The notes: a model not told the origin generated them from the sequence alone. A DNA stretch of 63,427 nt, filler included, from Eubacteriales bacterium (GCA_045636665.1; 5 parts of 5 records of this genome joined end to end with filler, not necessarily neighbours in it), one strand, 5' to 3'; counted from the whole stretch's first letter, positions 27,597 to 39,921 are shown. A program made the numbers and translations.

Positions 27597-29579
27597 TTAT
27601 TCAGCGGTTTCTTCAGCGGGCGCTTCTTCAACTGCATCGTTGTTTTCGAGAAGTGCGCGGATGGAGAGAGAAAGTCTTCTGTTTTCAACGTCTGCTGCGG
27701 TAATCTTAACGGTAACCTTGTCACCGATCTTAAGAACGCTTGCAGGGTTGGGGATGGGCTTATCAGCGATTTGAGAAATGTGGATAAGACCGTCGAGATC
27801 GGGGAAGATTTCTGCGAATGCGCCGAAGGGCATAAGAGAAACGATGGTTGCGTCAACAACGTCGCCAACGTTATACTTCTTTTGGAAGATGTTCCAAGGA
27901 TCGTTTTCTTCGGTCTTGTAGCCAAGAGAAATTCTCTTCTTTTCCTTGTCTACCGACTTGATGAATACGTTGATGGTTTGGCCTTCCTTAAGAACTTCTT
28001 CGGGCTTCTTAAGTCTGCCCCAAGAAAGCTCGGTAATGTGAAGCATACCGTCAACAGGGCCGAGGTTGATGAACGCGCCGTAGCTCATAAGAGCGCGAAC
28101 CTTACCTTCGAACTTGTCGCCTTCCTGTACGTTAGCGAAGAATTCTTCTTCTGCCGCCTTACGGGTAATTCTGTTGGATGCCTTGATAGAACCAACAGCT
28201 CTCTTTCTTTGTTCGTTTACGTCGATAATCTTAAAGGAAACCTTTTTACCTCTGAGAGATTCAAGTTCTTCGCCCTTTGCAATACCGGTTTGGGATGCAG
28301 GAATGAAAACCTTGTTGGGGCCGTAAAGCGCGATAACGCCTGCATAGCCCTTTTCGTTCTTGATGATTTCCTTAACAGTGCCCTCAAGAAGCTCGCCGGA
28401 TTCTGCTGCAACCTTGATTGCTTCCCAGTACTTGTGCATATCGCTCTTCTTCTTGGAAAGAAGAACGGTACCGTCGAAATCACTGAACTTGCCGCAGATA
28501 ACTTCAACTTCATCGCCGACCTTGAAAAGATCGTTGAGATTAACGCCGCTTTCAGAAGTAATTTCGTCGTACGGGAGAATGCCCGTATGCTTCGTACCAA
28601 GGTCAACTTTGACCTCGGCCGGATTGACTGCCGAAATAATTCCGGTAACCCTTTCACCTGTATTTAAAGTTTTGAATGACTGTTCGAGCATCTCTGCAAA
28701 GCTGAGTTCCTCTTTTTGGATGTCTGCCATCTTGTTGTATACCTCCTGTATTATACCGCTGGGCGTCGATGCGCCCGCAGCTATAGCAATTTTAGTTGCC
28801 GAAATAATTTTTTCGGCGTGTTCGTCAAGCTCGCTCGACGTTTCGATAAGAAGCGAATTTTCGCAAACCTCGCTCGCAATTGCAAAGAGCTTTGCAGTAT
28901 TCGAGCTGTTGCGGCCGCCGACAACCACCGTCAAGTCGCAATCGCTTGCAAGCTCGCGCGTTTTCTTTTGTCGGTTTTCGGTAACGCTGCAAATCGTTTC
29001 AAATATTCGTATATTGGGATAAAGCAATTTCATTTCCGCTTTGCATTTTTCCCATTCCGCGCCCGAAAAGGTCGTTTGAACGGCAAGGATGCAATCTTCT
29101 TCGCTTTTTAATCCGTTTTGATGTGCGGAAATAATATCGTTTAAATCCTTAAAAACTCTTTTTTTGCCTTTTGCAAAGCTCATTATTCCCTCGACCTCGG
29201 GATGCTTTGCATCGCCTATGACGAAAACCGTCGTATCTTCGCCCTCGTTTGCCACTATTTTGTGGATTTTTGAAACGTAGGGACAAGTGGCATCGATATA
29301 TTCGATACCGAGCGATTCAAGCTTTTCAACCATTTGCTTCGTGGTGCCGTGCGCACGCAGGAAAACGAGCGCATCCTTTGGAAGTGAATCGATATCCTCG
29401 TTGGATATAAACGTCACTCCGCGGTCGATAAGCGTTTGGTTGAAAATACGGTTGTGTATCAGCTCGCCAAGACAAAATATTTTTTTGCCGCGATTATCAA
29501 TATTCGCGTTTATCATATCAACAGCGCGCTTTACACCGAAGCAAAATCCGCTGTATTCGGAAATTCTAATCTCAGCCAT
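27597..29579 (-). CDS. ispH-rpsA: bifunctional HMBPP reductase / ribosomal protein S1
   Basis: GFCFGVKRA, RAHG, DATCPYV, TICSVT, SSNTAKL, AGASTP, followed by S1 repeats (GAFI...DGMLHITELSW). Confidence 0.95.
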   Translation of the reverse strand: MAEIRISEYSGFCFGVKRAVDMINANIDNRGKKIFCLGELIHNRIFNQTLIDRGVTFISNEDIDSLPKDALVFLRAHGTTKQMVEKLESLGIEYIDATCPYVSKIHKIVANEGEDTTVFVIGDAKHPEVEGIMSFAKGKKRVFKDLNDIISAHQNGLKSEEDCILAVQTTFSGAEWEKCKAEMKLLYPNIRIFETICSVTENRQKKTRELASDCDLTVVVGGRNSSNTAKLFAIASEVCENSLLIETSSELDEHAEKIISATKIAIAAGASTPSGIIQEVYNKMADIQKEELSFAEMLEQSFKTLNTGERVTGIISAVNPAEVKVDLGTKHTGILPYDEITSESGVNLNDLFKVGDEVEVICGKFSDFDGTVLLSKKKSDMHKYWEAIKVAAESGELLEGTVKEIIKNEKGYAGVIALYGPNKVFIPASQTGIAKGEELESLRGKKVSFKIIDVNEQRKRAVGSIKASNRITRKAAEEEFFANVQEGDKFEGKVRALMSYGAFINLGPVDGMLHITELSWGRLKKPEEVLKEGQTINVFIKSVDKEKKRISLGYKTEENDPWNIFQKKYNVGDVVDATIVSLMPFGAFAEIFPDLDGLIHISQIADKPIPNPASVLKIGDKVTVKITAADVENRRLSLSIRALLENNDAVEEAPAEETAE

Positions 29580-30186
29580 GGTTATGTTTTGCGAAATCGT
29601 CGCAAAGCTTGGAAAACGCATAAACCGCAATATCGTGTGAATTGGGATGCTCGTTTACTGTGGAATATTCATCAAAGCTTATGGGTTTTCCGATATATAC
29701 GTGCACCTTACGGAACGCAAGGGGCTTTTTGTGTTTTTTGCCGTAGCATATCGCAACGGGAAGCAGAGTTGCTTTTGTTCTCGTCGCCATAAGGCCTATA
29801 CCCGCTTGCGCCTTATCCGCTTCGGGTGCGGTCTGCGGGATACGGGTTCCTTCGGGATAAATTGCAGGGCAGCCGCCGTTTTTGACTATTTCACAGCTTT
29901 TGCGAAGCGCCGCAATATCCGATTCACCGCGGTTGATGGTAACGACGTTGCACTTTTTGAACAGCCAACGCAAAATACCAACCTTTTCCAAATCGCTCTT
30001 TGCAAGGAACGAAAGCTCGTGCTTTACCGCACAGGCGGTCAAAAGCGGGTCTGCAAAGGAAGTGTGGTTGGAAAATACGATAAAAGGTCCGTCAACCGGT
30101 TCGTTTTCTTTTCCGTGAACCGAAACACGATAAACGACCTTTGCATAAGCCAAAGCAAGTGCACGTACTACCTTATAAAAACTCAT
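29572..30186 (-). CDS. plsC: 1-acyl-sn-glycerol-3-phosphate acyltransferase
   Basis: NHTSFAD, FLAKSDL, YPEGTR. Confidence 0.9.
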   Translation of the reverse strand: MSFYKVVRALALAYAKVVYRVSVHGKENEPVDGPFIVFSNHTSFADPLLTACAVKHELSFLAKSDLEKVGILRWLFKKCNVVTINRGESDIAALRKSCEIVKNGGCPAIYPEGTRIPQTAPEADKAQAGIGLMATRTKATLLPVAICYGKKHKKPLAFRKVHVYIGKPISFDEYSTVNEHPNSHDIAVYAFSKLCDDFAKHNHG

Positions 30187-30863
30187 TAAAATATTACCTT
30201 ATCTATAATTTTGATGGCGTTTTGAACCATTTCATCGATATCCATAAGCGAATTATCGAACATTACCGCATCCTCTGCGGGGATTGCGGGGGCGATTTCT
30301 CTTTGGCTGTCGTTGGCGTCACGCCATTGCATATCGGCAAGCACCGATTCATAGGTGGTGTCTACTCCGCGGTCAAGCAATTCGGCATATCTGCGCTTTG
30401 CGCGTGCTTCGGCGGAAGCGAAAACGAAAAGCTTCGCCTGAGCATCGGGCAATATAACCGTGCCGATGTCGCGGCCGTCCATTATAACGTTGTTTTCTCT
30501 TGCGATAGCGCGTTGAGTTTCCAAAAGAAATTCACGCACCTCGGGAACCTTTGAAACGTCGGATGCATATTTGGAAATTATCGGAGTACGAATTTCGTCG
30601 CCGATACGTCTTCCGCCGAGATAAACAACACCGCCGCCGTTTTCAAGCTTCATTTCAATTTTGATGTCGGGAAGGCAGGAAATAATGCCTTCGACGTCGG
30701 TCGATTCAATACCGCGTTCGCAAACAAAAAGTCCAATCGTGCGGTAAAGCGCGCCTGTATCGATATAAACGAAGCCGTAATGCCGAGCAAGATTTTTGGC
30801 AAGAGTGCTTTTTCCCGAGCCGGAAGGCCCATCCAACGCTATTTTTTTAGTCTTTTCAGCCAT
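30186..30863 (-). CDS. cmk: cytidylate kinase
   Basis: ALDGPSGSGKST, IDTGALYR, MDGRDIGTVILP. Confidence 0.97.
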   Translation of the reverse strand: MAEKTKKIALDGPSGSGKSTLAKNLARHYGFVYIDTGALYRTIGLFVCERGIESTDVEGIISCLPDIKIEMKLENGGGVVYLGGRRIGDEIRTPIISKYASDVSKVPEVREFLLETQRAIARENNVIMDGRDIGTVILPDAQAKLFVFASAEARAKRRYAELLDRGVDTTYESVLADMQWRDANDSQREIAPAIPAEDAVMFDNSLMDIDEMVQNAIKIIDKVIF

Positions 30864-31142
30864 TAAATATCACCAAGTGTCTATTATATATCTTTTTATA
30901 AAATATTTCAATAGCTTTTTCAAAAAATATATATTTTTTATAAAAAGTTCCTAAAATAATCAAATTTCACCCGATAACCTCAATGCGAACAAGAGCTTAC
31001 GCTCAAACCCGCAAAGGAAACAAGCAAACCCGATAAACGGCAAGAGAATTTTCTGATAAAAGAAAATATTCTTCTCGAAAGAAATGAACAAGCCGTTCAC
31101 ACGTTCACAGAAGAATATATCAAAAAGCGCACGGACGAGATT

Positions 31143-31649
31143 TTAAACGTTGATTTCGTATTTTTCGTCGATAAGCAGGTAATTGACGTTATGACATTGG
31201 GCAAGCTCAAGAATTTTGGCGTTATCCTCTAAAACAGACTCCTTGGTGCACCAGCTGTCATCGATTCGTTTTTCAATAACACTTGCATAGGATTTTATAT
31301 CTTCATAATGGTCATTGATATATTTTTCGCTCATTACGAGGCAGTAATATTTAATATTTTTAAGATAATCGTCGCCGAAATCCTTTTGCCAATCAAAGGG
31401 GATATAACAGCCCTCGACTATCAAATTTTGTTCGTTTTCGATGGCGGTTTTAACCATTTCGCGGACAATCGGCCACAAATAATCGGTCAATTTGTCGTCG
31501 TCCATCGGTGTAAGCTTTGTGTTTCCGCTGCGAATCAAGCCCATTTTCAAATGGTCAATCGAAAGATATGGATATTTGTATTTTTCGAGCAATTTTTGAG
31601 CAAGGTTGGTCTTGCCAACGTGCGATGCTCCGGTAATTAAAATGACCAT
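31143..31649 (-). CDS. P-loop kinase-like protein
   Basis: ITGASHVGKT Walker A; DHLKMGLIR; IVEG. Confidence 0.75.
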   Translation of the reverse strand: MVILITGASHVGKTNLAQKLLEKYKYPYLSIDHLKMGLIRSGNTKLTPMDDDKLTDYLWPIVREMVKTAIENEQNLIVEGCYIPFDWQKDFGDDYLKNIKYYCLVMSEKYINDHYEDIKSYASVIEKRIDDSWCTKESVLEDNAKILELAQCHNVNYLLIDEKYEINV

Positions 31650-31798
31650 AGCGCACTCCTTTGACTGATTTTCTTAATTATATCACATTATCGCCGAAAA
31701 AACAAGCAAAAAGAGGGATAAAACAGAAACCGTTTGTTACACGGGCTTGAAATTTCCGCGCGTATGTGTTATGCTATAGCCAGCGGAGGGTAGATTAT

Positions 31799-33355
31799 AT
31801 GAACAAACCGAAATTTATCTGTCTTATAATATGCTTCTGTATGTTGACGCTTTTGGTTGCTTGTACGGAAACCGTTCAAACCGAAAGCTTAACCGATTCT
31901 TCTGCCGCACACGAAAGCGAAACAATTTCCTATTCGGAACACCAAAACAACAAGGGTGAGTATTTCGGACAAACAAGCGGAAAAAGGTATGACGGCCAAA
32001 CCATTACCTTTTTAACCTGCGGCGAAAAAAAGGTTTACGAATCGGAAATCGTTGAAAATATTCAAACCTATGAGGATGGCGCATCCTGCACGTATCCGCA
32101 AATCATCAATGATGACCTGCGCATTCGTTCCGAAACGCTCGAGCGCGAATTGGGATTGAAGCTCGAAGAAATCCAACTTCACAGCCCGATTCGTAAAAAC
32201 GGCGAAATGCTTCAAGCAATCGTGCGCGGCAATATGAGCTCGACAACCGATTACCAAGTGGTGGTCCCCTGCCTTTATGACGGCGCATCCCTTGCCGCCC
32301 AAGGACAGCTTCACAACCTGCTCGGAATCGAAGAATTGCAAATAGACGCGCCGTGGTGGAATCAGGAATTCAACGAAAGCATGACCTATGCAAATCAGCT
32401 TTACTTTTCCATCGGCGATATCGGTCTTGTAAACAAGGCAAATACCGCGGCTTTGTTTTTCAATTTTGACCTTTGGAAAAAGCACGGACTTACCGAAAAG
32501 CTCGGCGGCACACCTTACGAGCTCGTCGAAAACGGAAAATGGACTACCGATTTGGTTTTCGAAGCCGCTCGCGCTATGAAAAAGGATATTACGAACGACG
32601 GAATTGTCGATTATAAGGACGAATACGGCTGGAGCGGTCAGCTCGACGATATGTGGAGCATCTTTTTCGGCTCGGGCGAAAAAATTGCGAGCGCCGATAA
32701 GGACGGATACCCCGCGATAACGATGTATAACGAACGCAGCGCAAAGGTTATGGAGCGCTTGCAGGAGTTTTTGCAAAGCGAAGAACACGTTTCGGCAAAC
32801 GACTATTTCAACGTTACCGAAAGTCCGGTCGACCTCACTCGCGAGGCATTTTTAAGCGGCCGCGCACTGTTTTTCAACGACGTTGTCGGCACGGTTGCCT
32901 TGCTCGGTAATATGGAACAGCATTTCGGTGTAGTTCCCGAACCGAAATACGACGAAAATCAAGACGATTATTATTCACTCGTTAATCCTTGGGGCTCGAC
33001 CTGCTTTGCGATTCCCACAAGTGTGCCCAACGGTCAGCTGACTATGGTTGCCGATGCGTTGAACGTGCTTGGCGCAAGCTCGAAAAACACCATCGCAAAG
33101 GATTATCAGGAAGTCGTTCTTTCGTATATGAAAACGCGCGACGATGAATCTGCGAAAATGATAAATGATTACATTCTTCCCACACGCGCGTGCGACGTAG
33201 GTATGGTTTATCAGTGGGGCGGTTTGGATGTTTTGCTTCAGGAAATGGCGGCAAAGCCCGTCGGCTCGTTCTCGTCGCAATTTGATTCCAAAAAAGCAGT
33301 AGCGGAATTGGCACTTAAGAAAACCGTTGAATTTTATAAAAAACAAGAAAATTAA
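31799..33355 (+). CDS. extracellular solute-binding lipoprotein (sugar ABC type), no adjacent permeases
   Basis: Lipobox LVAC; PWW, GKWT.D, FGVVPEPKYDENQ motifs. Confidence 0.85.
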   Translation: MNKPKFICLIICFCMLTLLVACTETVQTESLTDSSAAHESETISYSEHQNNKGEYFGQTSGKRYDGQTITFLTCGEKKVYESEIVENIQTYEDGASCTYPQIINDDLRIRSETLERELGLKLEEIQLHSPIRKNGEMLQAIVRGNMSSTTDYQVVVPCLYDGASLAAQGQLHNLLGIEELQIDAPWWNQEFNESMTYANQLYFSIGDIGLVNKANTAALFFNFDLWKKHGLTEKLGGTPYELVENGKWTTDLVFEAARAMKKDITNDGIVDYKDEYGWSGQLDDMWSIFFGSGEKIASADKDGYPAITMYNERSAKVMERLQEFLQSEEHVSANDYFNVTESPVDLTREAFLSGRALFFNDVVGTVALLGNMEQHFGVVPEPKYDENQDDYYSLVNPWGSTCFAIPTSVPNGQLTMVADALNVLGASSKNTIAKDYQEVVLSYMKTRDDESAKMINDYILPTRACDVGMVYQWGGLDVLLQEMAAKPVGSFSSQFDSKKAVAELALKKTVEFYKKQEN

Positions 33356-33428
33356 CAGTATAAACGGTTGCAAAATGAGTTATAACGTTTTGCAACCGAA
33401 ACCTTTTTGTGAGGTACGATAATTAACA

Positions 33429-33457
33429 AAAAAAGAAGGGATCGTCCCTTCTTTTTT
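33429..33457. terminator. bidirectional intrinsic terminator
   Basis: AAAAAAGAAGGGA-TCG-TCCCTTCTTTTTT. Confidence 0.85.
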
Positions 33458-33466
33458 GCTGCGGCT

Positions 33467-34276
33467 TTAGTTTTCTGAAATAACTACCTCTCGAAAATCG
33501 TAATCTTTAAGGTATTCGTCAAAATATTTATCCTCTGTCAAATGCAAGATACGATAAGTATAGCCTTCAACTTTGTTTATGTCGGTAAGCTCGTTTATCA
33601 TATCTGCGGTCATATATCCGATAATCGGATGCTGCCAAAGAACCTCACTTTCCGGAAGCGCCTTTACAACGTGTGAATAACTCCAAAAATGCTCGTAATT
33701 CGGGATCATTCCAATATCAAGCAACCTCTTTGCGCCCTCGATATGATCGATAAGACATTCTTGTTTGGTCGGTATCGGTAAGGTCATGGTTGTGTTTACG
33801 TCGCACGAACGTAAAGCGACGTAAAACCAGACGTCATCGTTACCCAGATTTTCCTCCACAAGCTTTTCCAGATTGCATTTCTTATCTCCGTCGGTCTCGT
33901 ATACTAAACCGAAATGGATAGACGGATACATGCGAGTAAAGTAGCTTTCTTTTTTGATTATTGACGGAGTATTATAAATAACGTTTTCGGGTGCATCGTA
34001 TTCGGGGAATTCCAATTGGGAAATCAAAGCTTCAAAAGCTATACTTTCTTCGTCAACGCTTGTAGTGTCTTCGTCGGAAGCGGTGTCTTCGGTGCGTTCA
34101 CTTTCTTCTTCCGCGGAAGATGCTTCCTCAGAAGCATCCGATATAATACTTTCGGAGCTTTCGCTTAACGATTCGTTAACTACGCTTTCGTTCGAGATTT
34201 CGTTTTCCTCTTTGCAACCGCAAAATAAGATGAGAACAAATAAAACGGCAAGCATTAAAGATAAAATTTTTCTCAT
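33467..34276 (-). CDS. lipoprotein of unknown function
   Basis: Lipobox FCGC, Ser/Glu-rich linker; RBS AGGAGG. Confidence 0.75.
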   Translation of the reverse strand: MRKILSLMLAVLFVLILFCGCKEENEISNESVVNESLSESSESIISDASEEASSAEEESERTEDTASDEDTTSVDEESIAFEALISQLEFPEYDAPENVIYNTPSIIKKESYFTRMYPSIHFGLVYETDGDKKCNLEKLVEENLGNDDVWFYVALRSCDVNTTMTLPIPTKQECLIDHIEGAKRLLDIGMIPNYEHFWSYSHVVKALPESEVLWQHPIIGYMTADMINELTDINKVEGYTYRILHLTEDKYFDEYLKDYDFREVVISEN

Positions 34277-34693
34277 CGTGAAACCCTCCTTTTCTAATCT
34301 TCGTATTCATACCAAGCTACAGAATACAAAACCTCATGATAATCTTCATAAGGCAACACTTTGGTAACCCTAACAACATTCCTCGTTTGGCATTTGTATA
34401 AAGAGAATGACGGCTAATATCTTCTTAACTATCCTTTCCTTACATAGCGCGCTTGGCGAATTAAAACAAAAACGGCAATCAAGCTATCATAGCAAAGCCC
34501 CACTCCCTATAAGTAATATATCATACGAACTATATATTTGCAACATTTTTTGATTATCACGAAAAAAGATTGACAAGAAGCAAAAAGCGTAATGAAAGGG
34601 ATAAAGAATATAATCTGTTTTTTTCATTGACTTATGGCGAATAAGCGTTTATAATAAGCATAACTAAAATAGGATTTAACAAGGAGAACTATT

Positions 34694-35539
34694 ATGAAAA
34701 TAGGTGTATGTGTAAGCTACGGCGATATCGAAACGATGCCCGAGAAATTTCAAACCTTGCGTGATCAAGGCTTTGACAACTGTCAGCTTCTTTCTTGGAG
34801 CCCCGCAAGATGGACCGACGAAAATGCAGAAAAGCTCAACGCTATGCTCGAGGAATACGGTGTAACCGTTTCCGCGTTCTGGTGCGGATGGGAAGGACCC
34901 TGCACTTGGAACTTCTATGAAGGTCAGCAAAATCTTGGTCTTGTACCTCCCGAATACCGCGAAATGCGTGTTAAAAACCTTTGCGACGGTGCAGATTTTG
35001 CGGCAAAATTGGGCGTTGAAAACGTTGTTACCCACATGGGCTTTATCCCCGAAAACCCCAACGACCCCGAATTTCTTCCTTTCTGCGATGCAGTTAAGCG
35101 CGTTGCAGACCATTTGAAGAAGAACAACCAATGGTTGCTTTTCGAAACCGGTCAAGAAACTCCCGTTACAATGCTTCGTTGCTTTGAAACCGCAGGCGCG
35201 GACAATTTGGGCGTTAACCTCGATACCGCAAACGTAATCCTTTACGGCAGAGCAAACCCCGTTGACGCTTTGGACGTTTTCGGTAAATACGTTCGCAACC
35301 TCCACGCAAAGGACGGCTTGTATCCCGTTAACGGCCACGACCTCGGCTTGGAAACCGCAATCGGCGAAGGCAAGGTTGATTTCTATGGCGTTATCAAGGG
35401 ACTTCACGAGCTCGGATATGACGGCTACGTTACCATTGAACGCGAAATTACCGGCGAACAGCAGGCAAAGGACATTCTTGCGGCTAAAGAATATCTTGGC
35501 AAGATAATTAAGGAAGTAACCGGCAAGGACGCCGAATAA
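34694..35539 (+). CDS. sugar phosphate isomerase/epimerase (xylose isomerase-like TIM barrel)
   Basis: FETGQE, NLDTAN, HAKDG, GEGKVDF, TIERE metal-ligand motifs. Confidence 0.9.
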   Translation: MKIGVCVSYGDIETMPEKFQTLRDQGFDNCQLLSWSPARWTDENAEKLNAMLEEYGVTVSAFWCGWEGPCTWNFYEGQQNLGLVPPEYREMRVKNLCDGADFAAKLGVENVVTHMGFIPENPNDPEFLPFCDAVKRVADHLKKNNQWLLFETGQETPVTMLRCFETAGADNLGVNLDTANVILYGRANPVDALDVFGKYVRNLHAKDGLYPVNGHDLGLETAIGEGKVDFYGVIKGLHELGYDGYVTIEREITGEQQAKDILAAKEYLGKIIKEVTGKDAE

Positions 35540-35551
35540 TTAAGATTTCAA

Positions 35552-36349
35552 GTGAGTGATATTATGCGTTTCACAAAAATGCAGGGCTTGGGCAACGATT
35601 ATCTTTACTTTTTCGGTGAAGTGCCCGAAGACGTTGTCGAGCTGACGAAAAAGCTTTCCGACCGTCATTTCGGTGTCGGATCCGACGGCACGGTTTTTAT
35701 AACAAAATCCGAAAAAGCCGATTTCGGAATGCGTATTTTCAATGCAGACGGAAGCGAAGCAATGATGTGCGGAAACGGCATTCGCTGTGTCGGTAAATAC
35801 GTTTACGACAAGGGTCATACCCAAAAGACCGAAATCACCGTCGAAACGCGGTCGGGTATAAAAACGCTTACGCTCTACCCCGAAAACAACCGTGTTAAAA
35901 GCATTCGCGTCGGTATGGGCAAGGCGATTGCCGATGATGAAAAAACGATAACCGTAAACGGAGAAGAAGTGAAATTCATACCCGTCGACGTGGGCAACCC
36001 ACACGCGGTAATCTTCGTTGACGATGCCGAAAACGCCCCCGTTTATACACTCGGCGCGGAAATTTGCGGCAACTGTTATTTCAAAGACGGCGTGAACGTT
36101 GAATTTATTTCAAGCATAGGCGAAAACAAGCTTCGTATGCGTGTTTTTGAGCGCGGAAGCGGTGTGACGTTGGCGTGCGGTACGGGTGCGGTCGCATCTG
36201 CCGTTGCGGCGGCAAAGGTAGGACTGTGCTCTGCCGATAAACCGATAACAGTGCTTCTTGACGGCGGCGAGCTGAAGATCGAGCTTTGCGAAGACGGAAG
36301 CGCATTTATGACCGGAAAAGCAGAAATCGTTTGCGACTGCGAAATCTAA
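35552..36349 (+). CDS. dapF: diaminopimelate epimerase
   Basis: KMQGLGNDY, NADGSEA.MCGNG, GNPHAV, ERGSGVTLACGTG. Confidence 0.96.
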   Translation: MSDIMRFTKMQGLGNDYLYFFGEVPEDVVELTKKLSDRHFGVGSDGTVFITKSEKADFGMRIFNADGSEAMMCGNGIRCVGKYVYDKGHTQKTEITVETRSGIKTLTLYPENNRVKSIRVGMGKAIADDEKTITVNGEEVKFIPVDVGNPHAVIFVDDAENAPVYTLGAEICGNCYFKDGVNVEFISSIGENKLRMRVFERGSGVTLACGTGAVASAVAAAKVGLCSADKPITVLLDGGELKIELCEDGSAFMTGKAEIVCDCEI

Positions 36350-36420
36350 TTGTAAACTTTTTTGAACCCCATAGACATTATCCTGCCCATATGGTAGAAT
36401 AATATCTGTGGGGTGATTTT

Positions 36421-37173
36421 TTGAGCAAAAAAGAATTGACTGTAAAATATTCTTCGATAGTTTTTGGCGCAATATTTATTGCGCTCGGTATACTCTATAA
36501 TTTAAAATCCAATTTCACGGTCGGAACGGTTTTTTCCTATTTTCTCGGCTTGGTTTTGCTTCTGTACGGAATTTTTTATAAAAAGCTTTCAAAAAAGGTT
36601 CCGAATTGGCTTAAATATATCGTCGTTTTCGGTTACGTTTTCGTTTTGCTGTTTACCGCTTCGATTTATATTTGCGGAAACAGCGATAACGTCGATTACA
36701 AAGAGGATGCAATTATCGTGCTCGGTGCAGGCATAAAGGGCGAAAAGATTGGAACAAACCTTCAAAAACGGCTTGACACGGCAATCGATTACCACAAGGA
36801 AAACCCAAATGCCGTTATCGTTGTAAGCGGCGGTCAGGGCCCTTATGAGGATATTTCCGAAGCGCTTGCGATGGAGCGGTATTTGGTTTCAAACGGTGTT
36901 CCGCAGAATCAAATCATTAAGGAAGACCGCTCGACAAGCACTCGGGAAAACTTTGAATTTTCCAAAAAGCTGATTGATTTGCGTTTCGGCGAGGGTGAAT
37001 ATAAGGCGGCGTATATCACAAACGGATATCACATCTACCGAGCAAGTCTTGTTGCCGAAAGCGTCGGCTTTGACGGAATAACCCATATCCACGCCGAAAC
37101 CCCGTGGTATACGGCAATCCCCAACGGACTGCGCGAGATTTTGGCAATTATGAAAACCTGGTTGATCGGATAA
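36421..37173 (+). CDS. YdcF/DUF218 family membrane protein
   Basis: IVLGAG, VSGGQG, SEA.AM, EDRSTSTREN, GYHIYRA. Confidence 0.9.
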   Translation: MSKKELTVKYSSIVFGAIFIALGILYNLKSNFTVGTVFSYFLGLVLLLYGIFYKKLSKKVPNWLKYIVVFGYVFVLLFTASIYICGNSDNVDYKEDAIIVLGAGIKGEKIGTNLQKRLDTAIDYHKENPNAVIVVSGGQGPYEDISEALAMERYLVSNGVPQNQIIKEDRSTSTRENFEFSKKLIDLRFGEGEYKAAYITNGYHIYRASLVAESVGFDGITHIHAETPWYTAIPNGLREILAIMKTWLIG

Positions 37174-37175
37174 AC

Positions 37176-37210
37176 AAAAAGCGCTTGGAAGAAATTCCAA
37201 GTGCTTTTTT
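37176..37210 (+). terminator. intrinsic terminator
   Basis: AAAAAGCGCTTGGAA...TTCCAAGTGCTTTTTT. Confidence 0.8.
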
Positions 37211-37311
37211 CATATTAATCGATTCTTAAGGATTTAACCCCTTTTAAATTCATACTGTTTGTTGTAAAATAAGGCATCAACAGTCGAAAAACAAAAAACG
37301 AGGTAGCGGCA

Positions 37312-38003
<692 letters not shown>

Positions 38004-38007
<4 letters not shown>

Positions 38008-39920
38008 GTAATTTTATAAAAAGGTTGCCCGTTAAAATTTTATGCTTCATTCTTTGCGTGTTTTTTCTTTGCGTAACCGTTGCAAGTGCATTGGGTGCAG
38101 TGTTTATTGCGCTGGAGGGCTTTTATACACACACCGAAGAGGAAATTTTATGGGATGCGGTTTACCGCGACGCGAGTATTGATGCAAACGTAATAACCTT
38201 TTCTGCCGCAAGCGGCAAGGATTATCACGTTGATGAAATTTATGCCAAGGATAAAACAAATCTGCGCTACGCGGTTTTTGATGACGCGGGTAATCTGAAA
38301 ATGTCGAACTTCGGCGGAAACGGTAGTTGGGATTATTATTTTTCCTTCGAGATCTATAAGGATAAATATGATAACTGGAACGTTAATCAGATTCGTTCGG
38401 GAGACACGATGATAAGCGGCGATAACATTTGGACGTTTGCGGTGTATCTGGAGGAGGGTTTTCCGATTGACGATGAATATCTCTTTTATGCAAATTTCGT
38501 TTCGATCATATACTCGCTCAGATATTGGATATACGCTATCGCCTTCGGCTCTCTTGCGCTGTTTTTAACGCTGTTTATCACACTGCTTTGCGTTTCGGGC
38601 AGAAAACCTAATTCGCACGAGCTTCACGCAGGTTATCTTAACAGAATACCTTTTGACATCATCCTTGCCGGAGCTTGCGTTTTGGCGATACCTTTTCTCG
38701 TACTTCTTGATGAAACCGACTATGATGTAGTTGCCTATGCAATTTCGGTAACCGTTTCATCCGTTGCCGCGGCGATAATCTCGATTGGACTGTCGATGAG
38801 CATCGCAACAAGGATAAAACAGCACAGCTTGCTAAAAAATACGGTTGTATGGCGCGCTTGCAAGCTTGTTTGCAAATTCTTTAAATTCATCGCGGGCGAG
38901 ATCGTCAGGATCTTCCGCGCGCTTCCGATGATTTGGAGAAGCGCAGTTGTGCTGACGATAAATGCGATCATTGATTTTTTGATCGTTCTTATGCTTGGCG
39001 ACCGCGATTCTGAAGAATTGGGAGTTTTTCTGCTTTTTGTTAAAATGGCGGCAATTTTCGGCTTGGGAATTTATGCGGCGATGTTTATGCGCAAGCTTCA
39101 AAAGGGCGCACAGGCGTTGGCTGACGGCGACCTTTGCTATCAAACCGACACGAAAGCAATGTATTGGGACTTCAAAAAGCACGGCGAAAATCTCAACCGA
39201 ATTTCCGGAGGTATGAGCGCCGCAGTCGAAAAGCGGCTTCAAAGCGAGCGAATGAAGGCAGAGCTTATCACAAACGTTTCGCACGATATAAAAACACCGC
39301 TTACCTCGATAATCAATTATTCAAGCCTGATTTCCGAAGAAAAATGCGATTGCGAAAAGCACGCCGAATATTCCGAGGTTTTGGTTCGCAAATCCGAGCA
39401 TTTAAAACGGCTTCTTGAGGATCTTGTCGAGATATCCAAAGCGCAAACCGGAAACCTTGACGTCGAGCTTGCGCCTTGCGATGCAGGTGTGCTCTTAGCG
39501 CAGGCGTCGGGTGAATATATCCAAAAGTGCGAAAACGCAGGGCTTGAGCTTATCACCGATATTCCCGAAAGCGGAATAAGAATCACGGCAGACGGAAGAC
39601 GTATTTGGCGCGTTTTTGAAAACCTTCTTAACAACGCGGTGAAATATTCCTTGTCGGGCTCGCGCGTTTATATTTCGCTTTCAAGATATGGAGATTTTGC
39701 CCGTTTTACCTTCAGAAATACGTCTAAGACAATGCTTAATATCACACCCGATGAGCTTACCGAACGCTTTGTGCGAGGAGATTCCGCTCGTTCCACCGAA
39801 GGCAACGGGCTTGGACTGTCGATAGCGAAAAGTCTTACCGAGCTCCAAAACGGTAAAATGTACATTGAAATCGATGGTGACCTGTTTAAAGTTACGCTTC
39901 TGTTCCCTATTGTTGAATAA
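38004..39920 (+). CDS. multi-TM sensor histidine kinase
   Basis: NVSHDIKTPLT, ENLLNNAVKY, ERFVRGD, GNGLGLSIA. Confidence 0.95.
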
Positions 39921-39921
39921 C

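Noticed and set aside
27597..29579. IspH-RpsA fusion as a novelty
   Set aside because: A well-known fusion in Clostridia
30960..31142. Protein-like stretch between cmk and the P-loop kinase gene
   Set aside because: No start codon with RBS and no identifiable family; at most a gene remnant
34290..34445. Possible small peptide gene upstream of the 33467-34276 lipoprotein
   Set aside because: Signal-like and C-terminal-like pieces are in different frames with stops; it cannot be supported as a gene
35552..36349. Both ddh and dapF routes to meso-DAP
   Set aside because: Co-occurrence is already known in Clostridia and Bacteroidota
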